Counted from the first letter of the stretch, positions 39,101-52,506 are shown. The stretch: DNA of 64,000 nt from Phoronis australis (GCA_002633005.1 NMRA01000014.1:1150838-1214837); one strand, 5' to 3'. Numbers and translations: made by a program. The notes: generated from the letters alone by a model not told the origin.

Positions 39101-42100
39101 TTCTAGAAATAGGATGATATTCATGCATACTTTGATTGTTCGATAAAAATGTTTTGTTTCTAGTCTTTTATTAATTTAACCAATTTAAACCCTCGTTGAG
39201 TGTAAAAAATCGAATCATCTCGGTCAATCTGTCGAAAAAATATGCTATTCTCGGTTTCCTTTATGGTCAAGAAAATTGACTATGAAAACCAGATAAGACG
39301 GAAAGGTATAATTACTTCAGACCTGTGTTAATGCGGGGGTTTGTTTGTTTTTTACTCATCACTTGGCAAATCATGGCGCACCATACCTTGGTAATTCTTG
39401 CTTTCGTGCCATTGTGAAATTTTTCAAAAACAACTTAAAAAGCGCCCGACGGAAATCGATATACGATGGGGCGTTTTTTTAAGCGGTGACCGCTTGTTAT
39501 TGGCCTTACCCTCAGAATAATGTTTGGAGCCAACACCTTCCCGCCACGACCGCCCGGGAAGAGTGAACTTAATTGCAGCAGACGACCCATGACAAGGCAT
39601 GCAGCGCTTCACTCGGATGATAGTTCAACTACTTAGCTGTCATGAAATTTGGAACTGCGTGCACTGAATTTTGAAACTGCCATTTTCAATGATTTGCCCA
39701 AGTTACGTTTTTGAGTCTATACGATGTCTACTAACAGTTATACGTTTTGTCCGTATAAATTGCTTTGTTACAGATTTTCAAAAGGTCATGCTTTCAATTT
39801 GATATGAAAAATGTAAATTATTCAGCTTATGTTGATTTTTTGAAATTTGTTTTCATTCACCACAAAATTCTCTTTCACGGCGTTTTTTAAGTCTCGACAT
39901 TGTAAACAGCCGAAGTGTGGTTGCACACGATCATTCAATACAATTTTCGTCCTTTTGCGTGCGAGGTATGCGCACAAGTATAAATTAAGCTTGTTCATTG
40001 GATTTCTCTCCAGATCCGAACCTCGTCCTTCCTTAAGCACAGTTCTGTAGCCGAGAGGCATTCACCCAATGAGCTACATACATAATAACCGTAATTTATC
40101 TCATTACCTTCACCCACGGTACAGCCTCAGTGACGTCAGACGCGCGTTAGCCAATAGGAATTATCATCGAAAAAAACGCCTTTTCACAAAAATGTGAAAG
40201 AATAACAAAGATGTGATTTCTGATATAGACTTTATTCATAAATAAAATTACATTAAAATGCACGTTATTGTCACTTGAGGAACCTTTTAAGACACTGGAA
40301 CTATTTTTCACTAGGATAAACCCATACAGGCGTATGCATCGAATTTTTAAAAATCTGTTGCGGTCATTCACCACTGACTTCATTGCACGCCCTATTTGCG
40401 CGATTAAGCTGCGATTTTTTTTATTTTGAAGCATACTAAAACCCTGGCTAATTTGGAACTCCCGTTTCCAAGCAACACACTTTTCAACCAATCGTGTCAT
40501 TCTTACCTTGAAAACCAACTTCACGGGGTCATGCTTTCACTGCACTCAGTGAAGTTTGCCAAGTCAAATTTTAACCAACTATGTTTTTTAGCCTAACCAG
40601 ACAATAATATCTTCTAATCTGTGCATTTTGTGGTGTTAAATTTACTGGTGTGCCCTGTTGTTATATCAGCCTGTCTCCTTCAAACACCCTCGATATCGAT
40701 GACATAGAGAGTGAACACTGGGAAGCTAAGTTCTTGCTGGACATCATGTATGAACTTTAATTACGTGAAGAGCAAAGTAATCTTCGGAGTAAGGGGGTAC
40801 CTGAAGGGAACGTGGTTAAAAAGCCGCGGAGAGCCATAAACCTTGCAGATTTTTTTTGCGAAATAAAAGCGAAAGAAAAGCACATGCACGTAAGAAAGTC
40901 GAAATACTTCTGTTGAAAAGGATCTGAACAACTGTTGAGGTATATATCTAACGTAAATTCATGTATTTCTGTTGAAACCTGCGTATTTTATTCATACTTC
41001 ACGGCCGTCGGTTATGCCACTTTAAATCATGAAAACCCAATTCCTCTGATATTCAGTATAGTATCTTCAGCTGTGTGTGTGTTGACTAACTAAACAGGAG
41101 CCAGATCCGATAGGCTATAAACGTGCAGAAATCTATCTGTCATACACATACTCGTAATAACCAAATCAATTTTCTCATCTGAGTGCACTCCTCGGACATT
41201 ATTTATTTGCTTCTGAAGTGGCTCTCGCGACGAGAACTCGTAATTTAACACCAAGTCAAGGCTCGAATCTGTTACGGGATAAATACATCTAAGTGACGAA
41301 AAAGGCGTGTTATAATTTGCTATTAAAGCGCAACTTATTGGATAATTCCGATTTAGACAGTTAGATACAGTTATGCAAGTCAAACTATTGAAGTAGTAAG
41401 CGGCCGACCCCAGCATATTTATGAACCCACTGGCACAAGTCGGTGAAAGAAAATATGATGTAATAATCATAAATGTATTATAGGTGTCGGTGAATACATT
41501 GACAAAACACGTGCTCGTACACGAACGTTGATTTAGATAATTATCGGTATTTTATTGGTCTGGTTCCAACTGTTTATTCTTACATATTCCATATATTGGG
41601 TGTGTATCAATAAATTGATTGTGAACTATGCTTGAATGTGGCTATTTAGATTACTAATCCTTTTACAGTTGGAATAGACATTTGTTGAATCAAAATAAAA
41701 AAGAGCGAAAACCAAATAAAGAATATGAAAATAATGGACATGTTGTATACATAAAAGGCAACAGAAGACAAAGTAATAAGTTGAACGCTTTGCAAACATT
41801 AGTTTATTATTTTAACAGAGTAATAGTTGCTTTCCTAAGTACAAGGGTAATTGTGAACAACACCCGGGAACAACATGTCCTCGTGGTATAGGCCTATTAG
41901 GCTGGTTCTTGATTTCACCACGAAATCGAACAGCGTTACGACTAGTTTTCATAAAATTTCTTTCATCAGTATGAAAACAAAATGACAAACCCGGAGCCAG
42001 CAAAGTTCTGAACTATCAATCAAATCTATCACCAGTCAATCAGTGATCACTTTTGACATGCGCAATTAATTTAATCGTTAACGCCAACCCAACAGGTAAC

Positions 42101-43933
42101 ATATACATGGGACATTACTCCCATTGTCTGAATTCGATAGAAGTCCCGACTAAATGAAAAGGCATACGAAACAATGCAACATACTGGCATTAGTCAAGCT
42201 TGAGTGAGTCCTCTGATAGAGTGACCCAGTTTGCTTACTTGATTTAGTTTTTAATTAAAGTTCTTTTCGGTACTTCTGAAGGTCTATGTTGTGGAGCTAT
42301 CACCCAAGGCAAAGTGTTAATTTGAAAATAATGCAAGTATTTAGAAGTCAAATACTGTTATTAAACACTTGAAAAAAAGAGCTGTATACCTCACCTATAA
42401 ACAAAATAGACGTTTATCCATCTGTCATCATTTTGGTGCTACAGAGAACTCGTCATTGTTATTGTTTCAACATCACTGCATCTCCCGATTCCGAACCGCA
42501 ACATTTCGATAGATAGAAATAAGAATCACAACAACGCGAATCGAAATGTTGGAACACGTTATTACTGTCAACGCGTTCTGTAACTTTTAAAACATGTTGA
42601 ATAACCGAGCATACATCATTTCGTCTTCCAACAATACAACTATTCTGTAAGTCAGACGATTGTCTGCAGTGAGTGAGCAGTGAGAGGGAAAGCGTAAGTA
42701 AATTGGCGATAGATGGGAGTGAAGCTGGGGAAATTTACAAATATTAGCTGAATCAGCCAGCACGGGCACTGGCTACTGTAAATTGAATTAGTGACCGAGA
42801 TTATATTATGTTTCCGCTGCTGAAAAGAACTTTCAATAGACTAATGTTGACCAAATAATTAAAGAAAAATCCAGACTATTTACTTTAGCAAGTCCTGATT
42901 TTCGTGTGCGCGCGCTCATGGTACAAACGAAGGTATTGTCGGAATCTACAATGGTTTTCTTAAGGTTTGTGTGCAGAATTCTGTTGAAATGTTTCTCATA
43001 ATATGCTATACAGTGTCTGTATCAATTCGGTCGTAATTCTACCAGAGTATGTAAACAAAAAGTTTCTAAAGAATACTTTAACCCATTCAAGTGGCACGCA
43101 TGCGTGATTAAGTTAATTACAAAGAAAAACTGAAGCCAACCCAAACCCCACCGACAGCAGCACGTGCCGAGGTGCTGGTGTCGACCGGAATGCAGCATGA
43201 GTTTGTTTGCTCTGGATTGAAAAGCTGAAAATGAATAAAAACAATCTCCATTCAGTCCATGAGTGAAATGTCCACTTCACGTGCGACCTTTTAAGGAGGA
43301 ACGCCAATAAAAAATTGTGAATGATACCTTCGTGTCGAAATTATGGTTCCCGCACTCAGCATGTTGTAAATAAACAACAACAAGAAGCGTTGAGTAATAA
43401 TTTTGTTCATTCACGTATTGGATGTGATAGAGCTGTTTGTTGGGGCACTAGGAATGAAAATGTTGTTATGTTCATTACAATATATGTTAAATGAACGATT
43501 TGGAAAACTAAATGTATGACTTGAAAACAGTAACATAAAATCGTAAATAATCGCATTAAGATTGCAGTTCATGACCAATGAATTAGAATTTTTTAATAAA
43601 AGTTCAACATACAAAAGTGTCGGCTTGCACATGTGAATGACTCGGGCAAATCGTTTTGTAAATAGTAACGCGTTAGTCACATATCAGTGAAAATAAACAC
43701 GATGCGAGTATCGGATACATTTCCCGATGAATACAATTCAAAATGATTAATAAATTCATAGCTTCAACACGCTTACTTTCTTTAGTAACCAAGGTTCGTT
43801 GTGGCAACTGCTTTAGTTGGCCAGGACCCGGCCTCAAAGCGTTGGACTCGAAATCGAATTCGTAATTGTTTTATTTTTTCGTTCTATTTTATCCCGAACC
43901 ATTTTTCTGTACTAGAGTATATTATGGTTTTCT

Positions 43934-44090
43934 CAAGTGAATGTCTAGTGCAAGTGAATGTCTAGTGCAAGTGAATGTCTAGTGCAAGTTCGCACTTGAT
44001 GACCCCCAGTTTCGAGATAAAAACTGGAGTAAAAATTGGGAGATTTCGAGTATAAACTCGAGATTTCGAGTAAAAACTCGAGATTGCGAG
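43934..44090. repeat. Two adjacent minisatellites
   Basis: CAAGTGAATGTCTAGTG (17 bp) x3.3 perfect at 43934-43989, followed by about 20-bp GAGATTTCGAGTAAAAACTC-like units at about 44010-44090. Confidence 0.85.
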
Positions 44091-44955
44091 TTCACACAAG
44101 AACTTATAGCTTTCATCTTGGAGTCACGGAGTGCAAACTAAAATTAGATACTTATCCAATTAAGCTATGATGTACTCGAGTACAGAATAATAGACACTCG
44201 CCTTGAGTTCGCATAAAAGTTGACGGGAAAATATTAAAATAGTTTCAAGTTCGACTTCAAGCACAAAGATCAGAGCCCGAGCACAGGTCTACTGGCAGAC
44301 TGACTTGCTGCCCGTAATGCTCCAAATGAAGGAGTTTGTAATTCACGTTTCAAGAAATGAACAACTTAATTTGGTAGCAGTAGACCGGTCACGTGATATA
44401 ATTTAACCCAGCCGGATGTCCAGCCAAATGAGAACGAGCTGTTGGAAGTCGGGATTTGAAAAGGACTCGACTGTCAAGTGGCCTGACCCAACAGGAACAA
44501 ACCCATTTGTATCACGTGTAAACATTAGTGTGCAGGGATAGGAAACCTGCAGAGTAATTCTGGAACTCTTTGCTGAATATATTTAGCATCTAATGAACGA
44601 TCATGAGAGCACAGAACCGAACGCAAACCTACACTAATGACTACTAATGATTTTTCGTAAAGGGTTTCGCATATAACTTTTTATGACCAAAACTCGTGTC
44701 AGAATATCTTTTCACACAATCCGATTATTAGGTATAATCCAAGCCAATCGTATATGAAAAATCGCGAGGTAGGCAGAGCTCCACGGAGACACTCCTTTTA
44801 AACAAGACTTCTCGATCTACATGGAACCCTCGGTTAACAGAGGGCGCCACCGGACACAGTACAACAAACCTGCGTCAGATACACAAGGCTATCATAGTGT
44901 TGGGAACTATTCACTTCCCCAGGTGTAATTTTGAGATTTCTGGGGTTTTTAAAAT

Positions 44956-45206
44956 CAGGGCTTAGAATGACCAATGACAAATACGAGGAAAAATTTCCAG
45001 GTGATGTATCGTTACATAAATAAATAGGCTTATGTGATGGAAATAATTTCTGTGTTGTTAAATTGAACTGAAATAAACGTTTTTGCATGATTAAAGTCAA
45101 AATAGTGATAAAAAGGGACAAAAAAGATGAAACTGGGAATCAAATAAGAGGGAATTGAAATCAAAAAAGAGGAAATCCTCTTAAAAGAGGAAAATTCCAA
45201 GCCCTG
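44956..45206. mobile_element. hAT-like MITE with 6-bp TSD
   Basis: TIRs CAGGGCTTAGAAT / ATTCCAAGCCCTG (12/13), flanked on both sides by TAAAAT (44950-44955 and 45207-45212). Confidence 0.7.
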
Positions 45207-47259
45207 TAAAATGAAGCTCTCATTCTGTTAGTACGCAGTTGTGCAGTTGGTTCTTAAGCCACTGTCATTCTGATTCACAACTTGTACTGAAAGTTTCAAT
45301 GCAACCTTTTTTTAAAAAGCTGATTGAGGCATGATCAATCCATCTTCACTGGTCCAACTCTACTCAAAAGTGTATTAGCAGCCACACCTTTTGAAAGACT
45401 ACGTCAACCAAACAATGCGTTTTTACCTTCACAAAAGAAGAGAGTGTAATCCTGGACGTGGGCGTTGGAAAGATATACCCAGGAGGAATGCCTGAAACCA
45501 GCTGTTCAGAAAATTCAAAACAAGAACAGTTTAAAATATGTACAATAGCGTTTATTAATTGTTCAAACAACTCCATTTCACGTTTAGCCACAGTGACCAC
45601 AGAACACCATGCAGCAAAGCAAGGCATTAGCTTACATACAACACATTGTATCTTACATAGCAAAGGATGTGTGGACCCAGACATATTACAGGAAGCGCGA
45701 TTCTTAGATGCTCTACACAACCTGTCTCGACTTTCGGTCAATGCGTGTGGAGTTTGAATTCTGCCATGACCAATTTAGCCTACTTATGAGGAGTCTGGAA
45801 ATCTATGCAAAGATTTTGAAAAATTAAGAGACTAGTAATTTCTTAAGCAAATTAGGTCATTTCTGAAGTTCTTATATCAGTTCAATACATTTATTCCAAG
45901 ACCTAACACTCAAACTCCCCACAGTAGGTACACAGACTTTCCAACACGCACACCAATTTTGTCACTACAAGCGAGATTGAATGTTCTGTTGTGGTCAACA
46001 CTTTAGACTGACAGACTTTATCTAAAACTTATGCTCAGGATAGCCCAGCCCAAGCAGCAAGTTCATAGCCACCTCCACGCAAATTTGAAGATAAAGATTG
46101 TAATAAATAAAACAAACCCCCAAGTGACTAAGTTATATGCGTAGACAAGTAAATTCCTTACATTCTCTAAGAAATCACCAATAAAACTTTTAAGAGTGAA
46201 CTTCGCGTCTTCTAGGTTTTTTACGAGATGATACCACATTAGGTTTTTTATTCTAATGAAATGTCCCGGCAGACGTACTTCTGCCAATGACTCATTGCAG
46301 CCCATCCCACCTATATCAGTGAGTGTTATACGTCTTGATGAAGAAAGATAGCCAGCATTTTAGGCAATGTCGATAGGGTTGACTGGTGACATGGATAGGG
46401 TGGACATTACTACTAAACAGACCACAGATATTAACACATCAAATATTTGAATGCATTCACCAGTTCTTACAGTGAATGATCTATGACAGTATCCACACTG
46501 TGTGACAAGGACACGGACTCAGTGTGGCTTGACAAGTAACAAATAAAGCAATATTAAAACCGGGAGGTTTTAGAATAACATTAAGAAGACTAACGCCCAA
46601 GACTACAGTCAACATCAGTTTCCCCATTGAACATGATAAACACACAATATGAGAGTCTATGTACAGATTACAGTGTAAAACAATTAGAAAACGACTCCAG
46701 CCATCTCCAGCAAACACATCAACAATACTTAACATTAGGTTATTACATTTTATGAACTCAAGTTTTCAATGTCAAATTTGCACATTGCACAATAAGTAAA
46801 ATACTTATCTCTCATGAAAACTAGTCACCGGAGTTGAACTCAGAATGTCTTAGGAGTAGCAAGGATTTAGCAACTTGCGCTTTACTCAGCCGACCTTTAA
46901 CCCAATGACATCAATACCCTAAGAGGTCAACGCCTAGTGTCTTGTCCACTCAGGAATGACCACCGACCAGTTTCAGAGCAACTGTGAACCAGGACTAAGC
47001 AAAGTAACATTAACTTGTAAATTGTCCTGTCCAGCTTCAGAAGAGTCCATGGTGTGATAAGTAAATCCAAAAGAATATCCCAGCTAACTACTAAACTATC
47101 ACTAAGACCAACTCTTCCTCCAACTCTCGGTATCTGCAACCTGTAAACAGACAAACACGTTTATGTTTATTAGACAGAGAAACATTTTTCAGTAATTGAG
47201 AGGCTATATGGGTGAGACCCCTGATTCATACAAGTGTGCACAACTAAAAGTTTCAATAC

Positions 47260-47652
47260 TCCAATCACCAGGTAAAAATGTGAAGAGTTAGACACAGTTA
47301 ATAGTTGCTCAAAAGATAAAGATGTAGAGATTTTGGCACTGTTTACCAGTTGCTCATGGGTAAAGGTGTAGAAAGTTAGGTACTGTTTACGTAGCTCACA
47401 AGGTAAAGGTGTACAGGTAATGTTTACCAGTTGCACACAGGATAAAGATGTAGAGAATTAGGTACTGTTTACCAGTTGTTCACAGCTTAAAGGTGTAGAG
47501 AGCTACAGTATCACAGTAACAGTATGGGCAGATAGGCGAGAGACCCTTGGTTGATAAAAGTGAGGAAAATCGAAAGCTGAAATTATACTTAAATCACCAG
47601 GTAAACGGGCAGAGAGTTAACTACTGTTTACCAGTTGCTCACAGGGTAAATG
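47260..47652. repeat. About 40-bp degenerate minisatellite downstream of the TM9SF1 stop (probable 3'UTR)
   Basis: Unit approximately TTAGGTACTGTTTACCAGTTGCTCACAGGGTAAAGGTGTAGAGA, about 6 copies, with one copy separated by a spacer. Confidence 0.8.
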
Positions 47653-48308
47653 AATAGCTACAACAGTTCCCGCCAAAAGTAAACAGACAAAATGCCCGCT
47701 ATTCAGCATTACAACCGTTTAGCAGAAATGGAATTCCACGTTATGACAGTTGAGTGCAAGCACAACTGACTACCATAGTACCTGTTCATCGACACGGCCA
47801 ATTTAAATCAAATGGAAAAACTATCTACTATTCCTATAATTCTAATCTAATTTCGTTATATTTTTAAAAGATGCACTCCTCGACAAATGCTGATGACCAA
47901 TACACTGTAAGTAAGCCACCTGCTACTACAGAACTATTTTCTTTTGGAAGTTGGATAGTATTCAAACTGTGTACTCTACATTTACTTACAGTTTTCAAAA
48001 ATGATATTGGGTGAATTCCGGTGCTGATTCTTGGCCACAGCACAATTGGTAAAAAGTTCACAACCAAAGACTTGACATAAAATCTATCTTTAGTTAAAAC
48101 TCAAACATTCAGTATTTTACAATCTACTCATAACTGCGAAACCAAAAGAATGAAAACCCAGACCACAACTCAACAGACTTCCGTCAAACCACATACGGAT
48201 ATTTTCTTAAATCCTACAGTGATTTCCAACCACTTAGTGTTGTTCTGAGTTCTAACTTAAGAATCCAGGCTTTGGTGGCAAATTGTTCACTAAGAATGAA
48301 ATACATAC

Positions 48309-48510
48309 TTAGTCCATCTTGATGTTGACGTAGATGTAGCGAATAAACTTGAGCGAGGCGAAGAAGGACACGGTCCCCAGCATGAGAAAGGCAACGTAAC
48401 ACATGAGGAGGGTGAAGCCCATGAACTTGGTCGCCTGCAGGGTACCACTCATGTTGGACCTCTTGAAGTAGTAGAAGCAGGAATAGAGCAGGACAAACAG
48501 AGCTGTAGAC
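48309..48510 (-). CDS. TM9SF1: TM9SF1 terminal exon
   Basis: Acceptor tgtctattacag with branch-like [30 protein letters not shown]...[26 protein letters not shown] matches the TM9SF1 C-terminus with its KxD/E Golgi-retention motif. Confidence 0.96.
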
Positions 48511-48790
48511 CTGTAATAGACAACATGAGACATATTAGTCGGCTGGGACTAACAGACGTGATCCTGTCGCAGACAGCCTTGGACACGCATGCAGGCACGC
48601 GCACACACACACGCACGCACGCACACACGAGTCTGCTAGGACTAACAGAGACGTGGTTCTGTAATAGACAAGCTGGTAGGACTAACAGAGACATATTCCT
48701 GTAATAGACAATACGGGACTTGCAGAGAGATGCTCCTGTTATAGACAACATGGGACACATGAGTCTGCCAGGACTAACACAGATGTATTC
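48511..48790. repeat. Degenerate tandem repeat built from the TM9SF1 terminal splice acceptor, with an embedded (CA/CG)n microsatellite
   Basis: CTGTAATAGACA occurs at 48511, 48659 and 48699, with variants at 48736 and 48564. GGACTAACA is repeated 4 times. Confidence 0.8.
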
Positions 48791-49101
48791 CACCAATACG
48801 CAATATGAGATCAAACCCAGTCTGCTCCTTAATTACAATTTTGTTGCTTAAAACATGTCACTTCAAAATATTGGACTAGTTCTATAATAAATTTAAATTC
48901 AACCACTAATTTTTCAAAAAGCTGAAAAAATCACTCCTTTCAAAGCACATTGTCAATGGTGAATTATTCCCCTTAAAATTCCATAGGTTAACATTTGACA
49001 TCATTTTTCTTTTGTTGTTTTCCTTGGCAAAAGTTTTTTATTTCTCAAGTCACATATTAATAACCATTCCGATTTATACCTTTACAATGGTTTCAAAAGA
49101 A

Positions 49102-49211
49102 AGTAATGCTCTGATATAACGTGCCAGAATTTTGAGAATAAGTCTTCTCCACTAAATAACGGACATCAAACTGGTTCTCAAAATACAGGCACGTTATATC
49201 AGACTATTGCC
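49102..49211. mobile_element. Merlin-like MITE, copy 2 (opposite orientation to copy 1)
   Basis: Same TIRs and core (TCTCCACTAAATAACGGACATC). Perfect 8-bp TSD CAAAAGAA at 49094-49101 and 49212-49219. Confidence 0.85.
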
Positions 49212-50240
49212 CAAAAGAACACAATCTCAATATAGTTCAAGAAGGGTGACCAAATGTTTAATTTCCCATGACTGCTGAAATTCATTCATTAAATCTCACC
49301 TTATTCAGTATGGTATGACATAGTCACCTCACCTTTTAATTTGAAACAGCAATGTAATAATGAGTTCCTATGTCGTAATATGTCTGTTTGTCTTTCGTTA
49401 TACCTAAACGATTACATATGCTGTTTCATGGTGTAACGGTATATAACCGACTCACTTGTTAGGGAACTATAACTGCAGCATTATCAATAAACGCAAAAAC
49501 AAGAAGACAATAGGGTAAACATGTATGTGATAGGGAATGAGCTTGATAGAAAAAATAATTATTAATTACATTTGAATAGTAGTCAGTCACTGAATCATGT
49601 TAACAGGACAGCAAACATTGATTCTAACTTCTGAAACTTGATTCGAAGCCAAGAAGTTAAAAGCTATTTGCAGATTTAAAACAAAACAGAGAAGCATTTC
49701 TGTGTATCTGGTGTCAAGCAAAATTGGCAAATAACAGGCGTTTCCCCTTAACTTGTGCTAATTACAGACCCTATTGTGGCCCAGGGGAAACTCGGGCTAG
49801 ACTTCACAGAACTAGATACAAGGCCACCCATCCAGTCAGTTATGAAGACATTACTGCTGGCAATGAGTGGGCAGTACCAGTGATCAGCCAGCACACTACT
49901 GGACATGTATAGCCATATGGCTGTCATAGTATATCCACTCCCAGAGATTTATATAAACATTTATGTAGAGCCAATCATAACATTTCCGCTAATTCACTTA
50001 ATGTGCCAATCATCAGGATATATGTAATACAACCTGGAACTGAGAAAAACCATCAAGTGTACCATAATTACGCAATTATTAACGTCTCCTGATCAGCTAG
50101 AAAACTCGGCTAAAATATCTTTGCAATCGTCAGAATAGCACCAATTTACACATTGACGTCTTTCAGGCGAAACTTGGGACGAAAGCTGTCCATTGTAAGT
50201 GTGTGTGTATTAAAACAATGTATGATGTCCTGTAACTGCA

Positions 50241-50520
50241 TGTGTGTTAGAAAGTGTATAATGAAAGTCAGACAAAGAGATTTGTGTTAGACAGTGGATA
50301 ATATTGCTCATACACAGGCATGTGTATTAGAAAGTGAACAATATAACTCACATGTAGGGATGTGCATTAGAAATTGAACAGTATAACTCAGATACAGGGA
50401 TGTGTTTTAGAAAGTGGATGGTGTAGCTCATACACAGGGATTTGTGATAGAAACTAGAAAATATAACTCAGATACAGGGATGTGTGTTAGAAAGAGGATG
50501 CTAAAACTCATACACAGGTA
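50241..50520. repeat. 40-bp minisatellite, 7 copies
   Basis: Units start at 50241, 50281 ... 50481. Consensus is approximately TGTGTGTTAGAAAGTGGAxAATATAACTCAxAxACAGGGA, with substitutions but no indels. Confidence 0.9.
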
Positions 50521-50652
50521 GGTTATCATGCTGTCCAGCCTAACTCTGATGTGAAAGCACTTTATGGCTAGTTGAGGTTGGTTCAATACACTAAATATAG
50601 TTACTATATGACTGGGTAGTGTAGGTTCATAATGGATTATGATAAAGTGCTG

Positions 50653-51260
50653 CAGCGCTCGATTTGGTGACTTGCAGGTCGCCGATGCAACCTCAGATTC
50701 TGCTGGCGACCAGTGAAAAATTCGCTCCAAAGTCGCCACTGCGAGTATCAAATGTGCACAATAATTGCCTCTAAATTGGTTTCAAAGTTAGTGTTGACTT
50801 AGAAGCTTTAAATTACTAACAGTTTTCCTAGATTTATTACCTTTGATTCACAATTGTTTGTGAAATCAGCCCATTTGCCACCACGTTTAAATTAGAACAG
50901 GAAGTAAACAGACAGAAGTGGGAATTATTTGGCAAAAATCAGGCAAGATCGGCAAATTCACCCATGCAGTCGTTTGCGTTCTATGTTTGTCCTTCGTCGC
51001 CGGGAGAATTGAGTTATTGAGGTAGAGAATGAAGGTGATTTAGGCATTTATGGGGGAAATTGGAGAACTGGAACACAATGCGTTACGACAGCAATTCGAC
51101 CTTTTTTAGTCGACCAACCGTTACGCCAGATAGGAAACTTCGTACTTGATTTAGGTGCCTGAGAGTTTTAGTTCTGGCGAACTCAGATTTTGTTTGGTGA
51201 CCTGGGATTTTTGCCAGGTCGCCACATGCGACTTCGTGTTTCGCTGAGCGCCGAGCGCGG
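50653..51260. mobile_element. hAT-like non-autonomous element (CAG terminus, GGCGAC/GTCGCC subterminal repeats)
   Basis: Left CAGCGCTCGATTTGGTGAC, right ...CGAGCGCGG, with many GGCGAC/GTCGCC motifs near both ends. A homologous left end CAGTGCTCGATTTGGCGGC lies at 59001. Confidence 0.55.
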
Positions 51261-52506
51261 TGTTGATTTCTCTTATCTAGCTAAAGTCATGACTATAGTG
51301 CCAGAAGCAAAGACTATAATTTACTTATAGCATTTTGCCAATTAGTAAGGTCTCACCACCAGTCACAGCACATCATCACAGTGATTTATAGCACCAAGTC
51401 CTGTATTGAATTGTTAGCCCAGATCCCTTGGCCATTCAGTGGGACTTTATGTTCATTCACCAAAGATGTGCTATGGAGTGGATGCATCACTTTACCATAC
51501 CACAGGTTATGCACTCCTGACACCTATTGGAGAAACAAGAGTACACAAGACCTTTGGCTTCATCCACTGCCTAACTGGTTCTGTGCTGTCCAAAACAAGG
51601 CACGTTTTGCATGTCATAACAACCAACTGGACAAAGTTTAGTGTTTTGACAAACCAAGCCTCTAACTGGTCGTCTTCATATCAGCAATAAGCCTGTCCAC
51701 TCACACTGAGGCCAACATCCCAGCCTATTATAACCTCATTGTAAACATCAGAACCTGAACATCACATTAAAAGAAAGAAGATGGACAAACAGTAGCATGT
51801 ACACCAGAGGCCAAACACAGCTTATGACATCATTGGAGACACGAGAAAGTGAGGATCAGGTTATAAGAAAGAAGTTAAACAAATGGCGATGGCATTCCCA
51901 GCTAGCAGAAGAGCTAGTTGAGTCTAATTAAAGCTGGCAGCTGCTAGGCTGAGCTCACACGAAGTGTGCCCTGCATACAGCCTGACCACATGCTGAAAGT
52001 AGATGGAACCAGTCAGAGGCCACGGTAAACCATGCATTGTAATTAGTTACAGAAACTGCAATTACTTCCAACAGAGTTAACTCCAGTAACCTGGCACATA
52101 GCACACTTCTTCCACCTTTGATTATCTTCAAAATTGAGTTATGCAGTAATAAGAAACCAAAATAAAGACATCCACAGCAGTCAAGCCACAACTAGCTACA
52201 TCACAGAGATAGGTAACTGTGGCTAACCACAAACATACAAACATCATACCAATAGTTGACCACTGTGTAATAGTACCAACTAATTTACACAACACCTTTT
52301 ACTAAACACTACAAAATAGAGATCATTGAGGTTGCGATGAAAAAGTGAAATACTTTCCAGTGTTTTGCTAATTTCATCCGACAACCAAGAATGCTTTGTT
52401 GTTCTCATTACAGATAGGTTGAAGTGCAGTGTGGAACACATTCTCAAACCAAATGATCCATCTTGCGAAGCATATCTTCATGGAAAAACATACATAGCGT
52501 TTTTCT

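Noticed and set aside
19902-45757. Numerous 60-140-aa ORFs in the intergenic region (e.g. 19902-20321, 40147-40524, 41090-41470, 45364-45741)
   Set aside because: No recognisable homology, many non-ATG starts, no consistent exon chain, and lengths expected by chance.
46822-46900. tRNA gene on the minus strand (B-box-like GAGTTCAACTCC)
   Set aside because: No foldable cloverleaf or anticodon arm. At best it is a decayed SINE head.
48449-48814. 121-aa Cys/Val-rich ORF
   Set aside because: It is a translation of tandem repeat and (CA)n microsatellite, out of frame with TM9SF1.
50241-50520. CRISPR-like regular array
   Set aside because: Whole units are homologous with no unique spacers, there are no cas genes, and it lies in a eukaryotic intron. 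It is a minisatellite.
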